A DNA stretch of 64,000 bases from an uncultured Collinsella sp. (GCA_902495545.1 CABUXM010000002.1:1674-65673); one strand, 5' to 3'. Numbered from the stretch's first letter, positions 29,113-38,843 are shown. The notes: generated from the letters alone by a model not told the origin. Program-made: numbers and translations.

Positions 29113-31290
29113 ATGAACCTCCGCTCATCTCTCGCCTGCACCTCGAGCGATATCGCCCGCTGGGGACTGCGCTCTGTCCTCAAACGCCAGGGTGGCGTGC
29201 TTCCCGGCCGCATCGCCATGAAGATCGACCCCGAGCTGCTAAGCGACCTCGCGAGCCTGGTCGACCACAGTGTGGTGATCACCGGCACCAACGGCAAGAC
29301 CACCACATCCAACCTCATCGCCGACGCAGTTGCTGCCAGCGGTGCTACCGTGGTGTGCAACCGTGCCGGCAACAATATGGAGCCTGGTGTGGTGGGTGCC
29401 CTGCTCGAGGCCCGCGGCGGCCTTAAGCACACCAGCAGCGGCAAGCGCGTGGGCGTTTTTGAGTGCGACGAGCTCTACACCGTACGCGTTCTGCCCAAGC
29501 TCAAGCCGACGTACTTTGTGCTGCTCAACCTGTTCCGCGACCAGCTAGACCGCTACGGCGAGATCGACCATACCCAAGACGTCATCGCCCATGCGCTGGA
29601 GCTCTCTCCGGCAACGACGCTCATCTACAACGCAGACGACCCGCTGTGTGCCGCGATCGCCGCGCGCGTTCCCAATGCAAGCATCGCCTTTGGCATCGAC
29701 GGCGCCACCGACACCGAGTCCGACCGCATTAGCGACTCGCGTTTTTGCTCACAGTGCAACGCGCCGTTGGAGTACGACTATGTGCAGTACGGACAGCTTG
29801 GCGCATACCATTGCCCCTCGTGCGGCTGGATCCGCCCCGAGCTTGTCCGTCGCGTGACGGGCGTGGAGCTCGGCTGCGACGGCTACGGCTTTGACCTGAA
29901 CTTTGGACCCGATATCGACGCACCCGCAACGCACATCGCCACGCGCTACAACGGCCTGTACATGGTCTACAACGTAGCCGCAGCCTTCTTTGCGGCGCAC
30001 GAGCTGGGCGTGAACAGCGCACGCCTGCAGCCCACGCTCGACGCCTACGTGCCAGCAGGTGGTCGCATGGGCCGTTGGAACATCGCCGGCCGAACCGTCG
30101 AGGCAAACCTGGCCAAGAATCCCGTGGGTTTCGATCGCCAGATTCAGTCCATTAAAACGGCAGGCGGCAGGCTCTGCGCTTTCTTCCTCAACGACAACGA
30201 TGCCGACGGCCACGATGTATCGTGGATCTACGACGTCGACTTTGAGCGCATCGCCGACACAACGGGACTTGTCGCCTTTGCCGGCGGCACGCGCGCGCAC
30301 GACATGCAGGTGCGCCTCAAGTACGCCGGCATCGATGCCGCCATCATCTCGAATATCGAGCAGGCGATCGGCGCCGTTGTGGATGAAGCCGCCGGCGACA
30401 CTTTCTATGCCGTCGCCAACTACACGGCCTTTCCGCCGCTGGTCAAGGAGCTCGATGGGCTCAAAGACACCGATGCGGCTACGGTTGCCGCCCACGCCGC
30501 AACGTGCGCCGATGGCAGCGCCGTCCCCGTCGGCGTCGCGCCGGTCGAGCTCTCACGCCCACTGCGCATCGTCTACCTGTATCCCGATGCCCTCAACCTC
30601 TATGGCGACGGCGGCAATGTCATCGCCCTCGAGCGCCGCTGCGCCTGGCGCGGCATCCCCGTTCGCGTGGACGAAGTCCGCATGAGCGAGGTGCTCGATC
30701 TGCATGATGCCGATATCGTCATGATGGGCGGCGGCTCCGATCGCGACCAGCTGGCCGTGGCGCACGAGCTGCTCGCTCAAAAAGACAAGGTCGCGGCCTA
30801 TGTTGAGGACGGCGGCACACTGCTTGCCATCTGTGGCAGCTATCAGCTGCTCGGCCGTTCGTACTACATGGGCGACGATCGCATTGAGGGCCTGGGCGTC
30901 GTTGCCGCCGAGACCGTGCGCGGCTCCGACCGTCTGATCGGCAACGTCGCCGTCAAGACCGACCTGGCACCTGAGCCCTTTGTGGGATTCGAGAACCACG
31001 GCGGCCGCACCCTGCTCGATACAGAGGCCACGCCACTCGGAACGTCCGTCGTTGCGGGCACCGGCAACAACGGCGACGATGGCTTTGAGGGCATCATCTA
31101 CAAGGGCGTCATCGGCACGTACCTGCACGGACCAGCGCTACCCAAGAACCCCGAGCTCGCCGACTGGCTCATTACCCACGCCCTCGAGCGCCGCGGCGAT
31201 GCGCAGGCCACAGCCCTGCTGCCGCTCAAGCCCCTCGACGACACCTACGAGCACGCCGCCCACGACGCCGCCATGAAGCTCCTCCCCTAA
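29113..31290 (+). CDS. murT-gatD: fused lipid II isoglutaminyl synthase: MurT (Mur-ligase-like, Zn-ribbon, DUF1727) plus GatD (CobB/CobQ-type glutamine amidotransferase)
   Basis: 725 aa. N-terminal features are ...LPGRIAMKIDPELL, VITGTNGKTTT and the C..C...C..C ribbon (CSQCNAPLEY...YHCPSCGW). C-terminal features are ...LRIVYLYPDALNLYGDGGN, LAICGSYQLLG and YLHGPALPKNP. Confidence 0.85.
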   Translation: MNLRSSLACTSSDIARWGLRSVLKRQGGVLPGRIAMKIDPELLSDLASLVDHSVVITGTNGKTTTSNLIADAVAASGATVVCNRAGNNMEPGVVGALLEARGGLKHTSSGKRVGVFECDELYTVRVLPKLKPTYFVLLNLFRDQLDRYGEIDHTQDVIAHALELSPATTLIYNADDPLCAAIAARVPNASIAFGIDGATDTESDRISDSRFCSQCNAPLEYDYVQYGQLGAYHCPSCGWIRPELVRRVTGVELGCDGYGFDLNFGPDIDAPATHIATRYNGLYMVYNVAAAFFAAHELGVNSARLQPTLDAYVPAGGRMGRWNIAGRTVEANLAKNPVGFDRQIQSIKTAGGRLCAFFLNDNDADGHDVSWIYDVDFERIADTTGLVAFAGGTRAHDMQVRLKYAGIDAAIISNIEQAIGAVVDEAAGDTFYAVANYTAFPPLVKELDGLKDTDAATVAAHAATCADGSAVPVGVAPVELSRPLRIVYLYPDALNLYGDGGNVIALERRCAWRGIPVRVDEVRMSEVLDLHDADIVMMGGGSDRDQLAVAHELLAQKDKVAAYVEDGGTLLAICGSYQLLGRSYYMGDDRIEGLGVVAAETVRGSDRLIGNVAVKTDLAPEPFVGFENHGGRTLLDTEATPLGTSVVAGTGNNGDDGFEGIIYKGVIGTYLHGPALPKNPELADWLITHALERRGDAQATALLPLKPLDDTYEHAAHDAAMKLLP

Positions 31291-31389
31291 CGCCCCGCCA
31301 CCACAAAGGGACAGGCACCTTTGTGGTGGTTTTCCAGTTTGCCAACGATATACGCGCCGGCAAAAAAGTCTGCTATACTCTTTCCCGCT

Positions 31390-31466
31390 GTCCCCATCGT
31401 CTAGCGGCCAAGGACGCCACCCTTTCAAGGTGGATATCGCGGGTTCGAATCCCGCTGGGGGCACCA
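31390..31466 (+). tRNA. tRNA-Glu (anticodon UUC), CCA encoded
   Basis: The cloverleaf was folded by hand. The acceptor stem is GTCCCCA/TGGGGGC, the anticodon loop is CTTTCAA, and the T-arm is GCGGG-TTCGAAT-CCCGC. Discriminator A and CCA follow. Confidence 0.9.
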
Positions 31467-31478
31467 TTTAGATCGAGA

Positions 31479-31509
31479 AGCCCGTTACCAATTCGGTAGT
31501 GGGCTTTTT
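31479..31509 (+). terminator. rho-independent terminator after tRNA-Glu
   Basis: An 11-bp stem (two G-U pairs), AGCCCGTTACC-AATTC-GGTAGTGGGCT, is followed by TTTTT. A second copy lies at about 31667-31698. Confidence 0.65.
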
Positions 31510-31759
31510 GCTACCCATACGCCGGGATTCGAACCCGACAGGGCGCGGAGCTGAGGAAACGCGCAAGCGTTTTCCAGCGCAGCACGCAAGGAGCGGAGCG
31601 ACGCAGCGAAGGCGGGCGGCGCCAGCCGCACGCGGACATCCCACTGGGGGCACCACAGAATCTAAGAAGCTCGTTACCAATTCGGTAGCGGGCTTTTTGC
31701 TACCGATATGCCGGGGTTCGAACCCGACAGGGTGCGAACCCCGGCATCATCGCAAGGCC

Positions 31760-31980
31760 TGTGGGCAAAAAATAGCAAATATGAGTACTGTTACCAATTT
31801 AGTAACAGCGATTTCATGCCATCAGAAGACAATTTGGACGCCAAGCGTCCTACGGCGGAGGAAATGTAGGCGTTTATCAGCCAAGTACTTGGATATATGT
31901 TGCGTAATTCTGCGTCTTTTTCAAAAAGATAATGCTACAGGACTTGTGACAGTACTCATATTTGACGTTTTTTGCCCACA
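31760..31980. mobile_element. MITE-like element: about 220 bp, A/T-rich, non-coding, bounded by ~30-bp inverted repeats
   Basis: TGTGGGCAAAAAATAGCAAATATGAGTACTGT (31760-31791) matches the reverse complement of ACAGTACTCATATTTGACGTTTTTTGCCCACA (31949-31980) with 3 mismatches. Confidence 0.5.
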
Positions 31981-32037
31981 ACCCCTTATTGCGCGGGCGA
32001 ATCAGTTGCAAAACGGACTCCAAAGCGTCCCTCGCAA

Positions 32038-32076
32038 ACAAAAAGCCGGGGCCCGCGCGATGCGGACCCCGGCTTT
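32038..32076 (-). terminator. rho-independent terminator of glnN
   Basis: On the minus strand, AAGCCGGGGTCCGC-loop-GCGGGCCCCGGCTT is followed by TTTTTG. It lies about 25 nt after the stop codon. Confidence 0.7.
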
Positions 32077-32103
32077 CAACCGTGACGGTATGCTGTCCCA
32101 GTC

Positions 32104-34191
32104 CTACACGTAGAACAGGATGTCGTCGTAGGTCGGGACCGGCCAGTAGTCGGCTGCCACGATCTCCTCCATGGCATCCACGGCGGCGCGCAGCGTATCC
32201 ATAGCGGGAACGACCTCGTGTGCATACACATTGGCCTGCTCCTGGCCATCGAGGGCCTCGGCCTTCTGATGCACGGCGTCGAGCGCCTTGATGGAGTCGT
32301 TGATGGCGGTGATGCCGTTGCAGAGCTTGTTGAGCGTGTTCTGCTCGCACTGCATGGCAGCATCGGCGCCGGCAGCGCGGATTGCCTCCAGGCCCTTAGC
32401 GACCTTGGTGGCATAGGCGGTGATGACCGGGCGATAGGTACGACGCGCCTCGCGAACCATCGTGGTGGCCTCGATGTTCATGAGCTTGTTGTACTTCTCG
32501 AGCTTGCAGTCGTAGCGGCACTGAGCCTCGGCCTTGGTCAGGACGCCCGTCTCCTCAAAGAGCGCAATGGCCTTATCGGAAACAAAGGCGGGCAGGGCGT
32601 CGGCCGTGGTCTTGTTGTTGGCAAGGCCGCGCTTCTTGGCCTCGACGGGCCACTCATCGGAGTAGCCGTCACCGGAGAAGAGGATGCGCTGGTGGTCGGT
32701 CAGGACCTTCTTGCAGTACTCGAGCGCGGCGTCCTGGAAATCATCCTCGGGCGTACCCTCAAGGGCATCGGCGAAGGACTTGAGCGACTTGGCCACGGCG
32801 GCATCGAGCACCAGGTTGGAGTCGGAGACGTTCTGCTCGGAGCCGCAGGCACGGAACTCGAACTTGTTGCCGGTGAAGGCAAACGGGGAGGTGCGGTTGC
32901 GGTCGGTGTTGTCCTGCATCAGCTTGGGCAGGGTATCGGCGCCCAGGTCGAGCACGCCGCGCGTGGCATGGACGGAAGCCTTGCCATCGATGATCTTCTC
33001 GACGACCTCGGTAAGCTGGTCGCCCAGGAAGATGGACATAATCGCCGGAGGAGCCTCATTGGCGCCCAGACGATGATCATTGCCGGCCGAGGCAACGGAG
33101 GCACGCAGGAGCTCCTGATAGTTATCGACGGCCTCGATCACCGCGGTGAGGAAGACGATGAACTGCAGGTTGTCGAGCGGGGTGTCGCCCGGATCGAGCA
33201 GATTCTCGGACTCGGTGCCAAGCGACCAGTTATTGTGCTTGCCCGAACCGTTGATGCCCTCGAAGGGCTTCTCGTGCAGCAGGCAGACCAAGTCGTGGCG
33301 GGAGGCGATGAGCTTCATCTTCTCCATCATGACCAGATTCTGGTCGATGGCCTCGTTGACCTCGCCATAGACCGGTGCGAGCTCATGCTGGCAGGGAGCA
33401 ACCTCGTTGTGCTTGGTCTTGGCAGGAATGCCAAGCGCCCACAGTTCATCGTCCAGATCCTTCATATAGGCCGAGACGGTGGGGCGGATAGCGCCAAAGT
33501 AGTGCTCCTCGAGCTCCTGGCCCTTGCAGGGAGCAGCACCAAAGAGGGTGCGGCCGGTGATGACCAGGTCCTTGCGCTTGCGGTAAGCGTCCTTCTTGAT
33601 CAGGAAGTACTCCTGTTCATCGCCCACGGAAGGAACGACCTTCTTGGGGGTCTTGCCAAACAGCGCCAGAACGCGCTTGGACTCACGCGAGAGCGCGGTC
33701 ATGGAGCGCAGCAGCGGGGTCTTCTTGTCCAGGGCCTCGCCCGTGTAGGAGCAGAAAGCCGTGGGGATGCACAGGACATCGTCCTTGATAAAAGCGGGGC
33801 TGGTGGGATCCCAAGCGGTGTAGCCACGGGCCTCGAAGGTGGCACGCAGACCGCCGTTGGGGAAGCTGGAGGCATCGGGCTCGCCCTGGATGAGGTTCTT
33901 GCCCGTAAACTTGGTAATGGCGGTGCCGTCGTGGTTGGGCTCGAGGAAGCTGTCGTGCTTCTCGGAAGTAATGCCCGAAAGCGGCTGGAACCAGTGCGCG
34001 TAGTGCGTCGCGCCCTTGGAGATGGCCCAGACCTTCATGGCGTGGGCAACGGCGTTGGCCACATCCAGGTCGAGCGGCTCACCGTCCTCGAGGGTTGCAG
34101 CAAGGCGCTTCCAAATGTCCTTGGGGAGGTAGTCCTTCATGACTTCCTCAGAGAACACCATGGTCCCGAAGCGGTCAGTAAGATCGGCCAT
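32104..34191 (-). CDS. glnN: type III glutamine synthetase
   Basis: About 695 aa. [30 protein letters not shown]...HYAHWFQP... is a typical GSIII N-terminus and length. The start was trimmed to ATG 34191, which follows an AAGGGAG RBS. Confidence 0.88.
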   Translation of the reverse strand: MADLTDRFGTMVFSEEVMKDYLPKDIWKRLAATLEDGEPLDLDVANAVAHAMKVWAISKGATHYAHWFQPLSGITSEKHDSFLEPNHDGTAITKFTGKNLIQGEPDASSFPNGGLRATFEARGYTAWDPTSPAFIKDDVLCIPTAFCSYTGEALDKKTPLLRSMTALSRESKRVLALFGKTPKKVVPSVGDEQEYFLIKKDAYRKRKDLVITGRTLFGAAPCKGQELEEHYFGAIRPTVSAYMKDLDDELWALGIPAKTKHNEVAPCQHELAPVYGEVNEAIDQNLVMMEKMKLIASRHDLVCLLHEKPFEGINGSGKHNNWSLGTESENLLDPGDTPLDNLQFIVFLTAVIEAVDNYQELLRASVASAGNDHRLGANEAPPAIMSIFLGDQLTEVVEKIIDGKASVHATRGVLDLGADTLPKLMQDNTDRNRTSPFAFTGNKFEFRACGSEQNVSDSNLVLDAAVAKSLKSFADALEGTPEDDFQDAALEYCKKVLTDHQRILFSGDGYSDEWPVEAKKRGLANNKTTADALPAFVSDKAIALFEETGVLTKAEAQCRYDCKLEKYNKLMNIEATTMVREARRTYRPVITAYATKVAKGLEAIRAAGADAAMQCEQNTLNKLCNGITAINDSIKALDAVHQKAEALDGQEQANVYAHEVVPAMDTLRAAVDAMEEIVAADYWPVPTYDDILFYV

Positions 34192-34614
34192 ACGGAACTC
34201 CCTTCGTATCGGCACCGCGTGAGATGCGGTGTTGATTACTAACGAACGAGTCATAGATTAGGCTCGTCGTGTTTCCGCAACATTACCGTTATGTTGCTGT
34301 CGCGAAACCAATCAATGAGGTTACCCTATCGAGGCGGCGTTGCCACCCTCAACAGCCAATCAACTGCATAAATTGCAGACCTCTCCCCATAGTTTAAGGG
34401 TAGTCAATTTGGGATGGGGCTCTATTAACTGGTATTTCGCATCAGATACCATTCAATATAGCCCTTTCCTACATTGACCGCTCTGCTATAGGCAATGCCG
34501 ATAGCAAGGCATCTTTGATTGGTATCCCTAAATCGCGAGTAAAACTCCACCGCGGCACAGTGGTGCTGTAGAATCCTTACAACACATCGCACTAAATATC
34601 TAAAGGAGCACGAT

Positions 34615-35487
34615 ATGCGCGTCGACGAGGTTTTTAAGCAGGCAGCATCCCAGGGCATCACGCCCGTTTCGTTTGAGATGTTCCCGCCCAAGGGCGAGCT
34701 TACCCTCGACACGGCTCGCAAGGTAGCAGGCAACCTGTGCAAGCTTTCGCCGAGCTTTGTCTCGGTCACTTGTTCCGCTGGCGGCTCGGGTAACGGTGCC
34801 ACCACCGCCCCCATCGCGCATATGATTTCGAGCGAATTCGATACACCCTCGGTGGCACACCTTACCTGCGTGGGCCGCACGCATGCCGATATCGCCGCCA
34901 AGATCGACGAGTATCGCACAGCCGGCGTTGAAAACATCCTGGCCCTGCGCGGCGACCTGCCCGCTGGCGCGACCGAGGACGACAAGCCCGCCTCCGACTA
35001 CGCCTACGCCCGTGACCTCATCCCCGAGCTCGTCGACGCCGGCTTTTGCGTGGGCGCCGCAGCCTACCCCGAGGGCCACATTGCCTGCGAGGATCTCAAC
35101 CTCTCGGTCGAGCACCTCAAGCAAAAGCAAGACGCCGGCGCGAGCTTCTTTGTGACACAGCTCTTCTTTGATAACGAGTGCTTCTATCGCTTCCGCGAGC
35201 TTGCCGACAAGGCCGGCATCACCGTGCCTATTACCGCGGGCATCATGCCGTTTATGGGCAAGTCGCAGATCAGCCGCATGGTCTTTATGTGCGGCGCGTC
35301 GCTGCCCTCCCCCGTCATCAAGATTCTCGCCAAGTACGAGAACGACCCCGAGAGCCTGCAGGCAGCCGGTGTAGATTATGCCGCCCGCCAGCTTTGCGAC
35401 CTCAAGGAGCACGGCACCGACGGTCTGCACCTGTACACTATGAACCGTCCTGCAATCGCCGCGACCATTATGGAGCGTCTGGGGTAA
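34615..35487 (+). CDS. metF: methylenetetrahydrofolate reductase
   Basis: 290 aa. Motifs are FEMFPPK, ...HLTC.G..., ENILALRGD, AAYPEGH and FFVTQLFFD. An AAAGGAG RBS is present. Confidence 0.9.
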   Translation: MRVDEVFKQAASQGITPVSFEMFPPKGELTLDTARKVAGNLCKLSPSFVSVTCSAGGSGNGATTAPIAHMISSEFDTPSVAHLTCVGRTHADIAAKIDEYRTAGVENILALRGDLPAGATEDDKPASDYAYARDLIPELVDAGFCVGAAAYPEGHIACEDLNLSVEHLKQKQDAGASFFVTQLFFDNECFYRFRELADKAGITVPITAGIMPFMGKSQISRMVFMCGASLPSPVIKILAKYENDPESLQAAGVDYAARQLCDLKEHGTDGLHLYTMNRPAIAATIMERLG

Positions 35488-36275
35488 TGGAAAAACCGCA
35501 CGTCGATACAACCGTTGTTGAAGTGCCGGCCGACCTTGCGTCGCCGGCGCTTTACCGTATCGACGCTGCCCACCACCCTCGTGTCGACCGTGCCGAGATG
35601 CTGCGGTATCTGGGTTACGGCGGCCAGCAGATTGAGCCCGAGCTGTCCCGACGAATTGAGCTTGTAGTCGAACGCCTAGAGCTGGATATCGAGCCCCGTG
35701 GCGTGCGCCGCGTATTTGCCATCGATGCCACGGGCGTCGATGAACAGGGCGAGCCCTGCATTCGCTTGGTCGGCACCAACGTTGAACTGCGCGGTCGCGA
35801 TATCTATCGCCACCTTAAGGACGCCCGCCTTGCCGCACTCATGGCATGCACCCTCGGCATGGACGCCGAGCGTCGCCTGCGCACCACGGGAGCCCAGCAA
35901 CCCCTAGAGGGAGCCGTGCTCGATGCCGCATGCTCCGCCTACGTGGAGGCCGCCGTCGAGCAGATGGACCAGCAAGTCAAGGCTGCGGCCGCCGCACACG
36001 GGCTCGCCGGCAACTGGCGCTTCAGTCCCGGCTATGGCGACTGCCCGCTCTCTGCCCAGCGCTCGATCGTGGATGCACTCAACGCCACGCGCCTCATTGG
36101 ACTTACCGTCACCCCCACCAGCCTGCTCATGCCCACCAAGAGCGTGACCGCGGTGATCGGTCTGTTTGACGGCGAAGTCCACGACGCCCAGAGCCGCCCC
36201 ACCTGCAATATCTGCCGCATGCGCGAGCACTGCCGCTTCCGCGCCGCCCACACCACCTGCTATTCCAGCCATTAG
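35487..36275 (+). CDS. stand-alone methionine synthase reactivation (AdoMet-binding) domain-like protein
   Basis: 262 aa with a TAATG overlap with metF. The ...RFSPGYGDCPL...Q..I...L......G...T.S.LM.P.KSVTAVIG pattern resembles the Met_synt_B12 activation domain. The call is supported by metH lacking this domain. Confidence 0.6.
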   Translation: MEKPHVDTTVVEVPADLASPALYRIDAAHHPRVDRAEMLRYLGYGGQQIEPELSRRIELVVERLELDIEPRGVRRVFAIDATGVDEQGEPCIRLVGTNVELRGRDIYRHLKDARLAALMACTLGMDAERRLRTTGAQQPLEGAVLDAACSAYVEAAVEQMDQQVKAAAAAHGLAGNWRFSPGYGDCPLSAQRSIVDALNATRLIGLTVTPTSLLMPTKSVTAVIGLFDGEVHDAQSRPTCNICRMREHCRFRAAHTTCYSSH

Positions 36276-36284
36276 GAGCCCCCG

Positions 36285-38843
36285 ATGTTTACTCCGCTTA
36301 TCACTCATGATCTGGACGGTGCCGCGCTGGCGGCACCCGTTGATGCCGCACGCCGTAATGGCGCCACGTACAAGACGCGCACGATCGACGACCTTCGCAT
36401 TAAGGACGATCGCCTGCGTGCGGCCATCGAGGGCACGGGACACCTGCTGTTCGACGGCGGCATGGGCACCATGTTGCAGGCGGCCGGCATGAAGGCCGGC
36501 GCCCTGCCCGAGCTGCTCAACTTTGAGGAGCCACAGGTCATTACCGATATCCAGCGCCAGTACGTCGAGGCTGGCTGCGACGTAATCACCGCCAACACCT
36601 TTGGCGCCAACGCCCACAAGCTCGACGGCGCCGCCACCGTGGCAGATGTCTTTGCCGCCGCCGTCGCCTGCGCCCGCGCGGCCGGCGCCCACTACGTCGC
36701 CGGCGATATCGGCCCCATCGGCGCGCTGCTTCGCCCCTTGGGTACCCTCAGCTTCGACGAGGCCTATGACCTCTTTGCCGAGGAAGTGCGCGCCGGCGTC
36801 GCCGCGGGTGTGGACCTCTTTATTATCGAGACTATGACCGACCTGGCCGAGATCAAGGCGGCCGTCCTCGCCTGCCGCGAGAACTCCGACCTGCCCGTCT
36901 TTGCCACCATGACCTTTGAGGAAGACGGTCGCACCTTCCTGGGCACGAGTCCCGAGGTTGCCGCCATCACGCTCGATGCCATCGGCGCCGATGTCCTGGG
37001 CATCAACTGCAGCCAGGGCCCGGCCGAGCTCCGGGGACTCGCTGCACGCATGCTCACCGTTACCGACAAGCCCATCATGGTGCAGGCCAACGCAGGACTG
37101 CCCCGCGTGGACGACGACGGCAACACCGTCTTTGATATCCAGGCGCCCGAGTACGCCGCGGCCGTCGCCGGCATGATCAAGGATGGCGTGAGCGTCGTGG
37201 GCGGTTGCTGCGGCACCACGCCCGTGCACATGGCGGCCTTGCGCACGCTTATCGACAACCACACGCCCAGTCCGCGCCATCGCAAGCCCAGCATGTCGGT
37301 CACGAGCGCCCAGACGGTCGTGGACCTTCCCTGCGATGGCCACAAGATCGCCGTCATCGGCGAGCGCATCAATCCCACCGGCAAAAAGCGCCTGCAGCAG
37401 GCCCTGCGCGACGGCGATCTGGACTACGTCGTAAGTCAGGGCATCAGCCAGCAAGAACAGGGCGCCGATATCCTGGACGTTAACGTGGGCCTGCCCGAGA
37501 TCGACGAGGTCAAGATTATCCAGCAGGCCACCGAGCAGCTCCAGGGCTCCACGCTCCTGCCGCTGCAGATCGACTCCACCGATCCCGCCGCTGTCGAGGC
37601 CGCCGTACGCCGCTACGCCGGCAAGCCCATCATCAACTCGGTCAACGGCAAGCAGCAGATCATGGATGAGATCTTTCCGCTGGTCGCCCACTATGGAACC
37701 AACGTCGTCGGCCTCACGCTCGACGAAGGCGGCATCCCCGATACCGCCGAGGCTCGCTTCGCCATCGCCGAGCGCATCGTGGCCGAGGCCGCCCGCTACG
37801 GCATCGGCCCGGACCGCATCCTCATCGACTGCCTGGTCATGACCGCCTCGACCAACCAGCGCCAGGCTGAGCAGATCCTGCGCGCCATGTCTATGTGCAA
37901 GGAGCGCCTGGGCGTCAAATGCGCACTCGGCGTGTCGAACATCAGCTTTGGCCTGCCCGCGCGGCCGCTGCTGGGCTCGGTCTTTTTGGCCGCCGCCTTT
38001 GGTGCAGGTCTGGACGCCCCCATCATGAACCCGGGTTCCAAGCGCTTTATGGATACCGTCTACAGCTATCGCGTGCTGAGCGTTGAGGACGAGGGCTCGA
38101 CCGGATACATCGAGCGCTACGCTGGCTGGACCGATCCGTATAAGATCGCCGCGAACCCGGCAGCGGCCCAGACCGCATCGACCGACGCCGCGCCCGCTGC
38201 TGACACCGCCGGCACCGACGGCAACGACGACCCCATCCGCCACATGGTCGTCTCGGGCCGCAAGGGCGAAATTGCGGCCGAGACCGAGCGCCTGCTGGCC
38301 GACCACGACGCTATGGAACTCATCAACAATCACTTTATCCCCGCCCTCGACGAGGTCGGAGTCCTCTTTGACCAGGGCAAGTTCTTCTTGCCGCAGCTCA
38401 TGGCCTCGGCCGAGGCCGCGCGCGTGGGCTTCGATACCATCAAACGCCTGATGCCCGCCGGCGAGATTGCCGACAAGGGTAAGATCTGCGTGGCCACCGT
38501 CAAGGGCGACATCCACGATATTGGCAAGAACATCGTCAAAATGCTGCTCGACAACTACGGCTACACCGTCTTTGACCTTGGCCGCGACGTCGATCCACAG
38601 GAGGTACTCAAGACCGTCAAGGAGCGTGACATCAAGCTCGTCGGCCTCTCGGCGCTTATGACTACCACCGTCGTGGCCATGGAAGAGACCATCAAGCTGC
38701 TTCATGCCGAGGTGCCGGGCGTCAAGATCATCGTAGGCGGCGCCGTACTCACCCCCGAATACGCCAAGCAGATCGGCGCGGACTACTACGCCAAGGACGC
38801 CGCCGAGAGCGCTCGTATCGCCGAAGAGGTCTTTGGGCAGTAA
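36285..38843 (+). CDS. metH: cobalamin-dependent methionine synthase lacking the C-terminal activation domain
   Basis: 852 aa. It has the Hcy-binding module (LLFDGGMGTMLQ, GGCCGTTP), the pterin-binding module (INPTGKKRLQQAL, SNISFGLP) and the B12 module (GDIHDIGKN). It ends right after the B12 domain. Confidence 0.9.
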   Translation: MFTPLITHDLDGAALAAPVDAARRNGATYKTRTIDDLRIKDDRLRAAIEGTGHLLFDGGMGTMLQAAGMKAGALPELLNFEEPQVITDIQRQYVEAGCDVITANTFGANAHKLDGAATVADVFAAAVACARAAGAHYVAGDIGPIGALLRPLGTLSFDEAYDLFAEEVRAGVAAGVDLFIIETMTDLAEIKAAVLACRENSDLPVFATMTFEEDGRTFLGTSPEVAAITLDAIGADVLGINCSQGPAELRGLAARMLTVTDKPIMVQANAGLPRVDDDGNTVFDIQAPEYAAAVAGMIKDGVSVVGGCCGTTPVHMAALRTLIDNHTPSPRHRKPSMSVTSAQTVVDLPCDGHKIAVIGERINPTGKKRLQQALRDGDLDYVVSQGISQQEQGADILDVNVGLPEIDEVKIIQQATEQLQGSTLLPLQIDSTDPAAVEAAVRRYAGKPIINSVNGKQQIMDEIFPLVAHYGTNVVGLTLDEGGIPDTAEARFAIAERIVAEAARYGIGPDRILIDCLVMTASTNQRQAEQILRAMSMCKERLGVKCALGVSNISFGLPARPLLGSVFLAAAFGAGLDAPIMNPGSKRFMDTVYSYRVLSVEDEGSTGYIERYAGWTDPYKIAANPAAAQTASTDAAPAADTAGTDGNDDPIRHMVVSGRKGEIAAETERLLADHDAMELINNHFIPALDEVGVLFDQGKFFLPQLMASAEAARVGFDTIKRLMPAGEIADKGKICVATVKGDIHDIGKNIVKMLLDNYGYTVFDLGRDVDPQEVLKTVKERDIKLVGLSALMTTTVVAMEETIKLLHAEVPGVKIIVGGAVLTPEYAKQIGADYYAKDAAESARIAEEVFGQ

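Noticed and set aside
31510-31740. Minus-strand tRNA genes suggested by the GGATTCGAACCCGAC-type sequences after tRNA-Glu
   Set aside because: Only a T-arm-like hairpin can be folded. There is no matching acceptor 5' strand, D-arm or anticodon arm, so these are treated as tRNA-derived repeat fragments.
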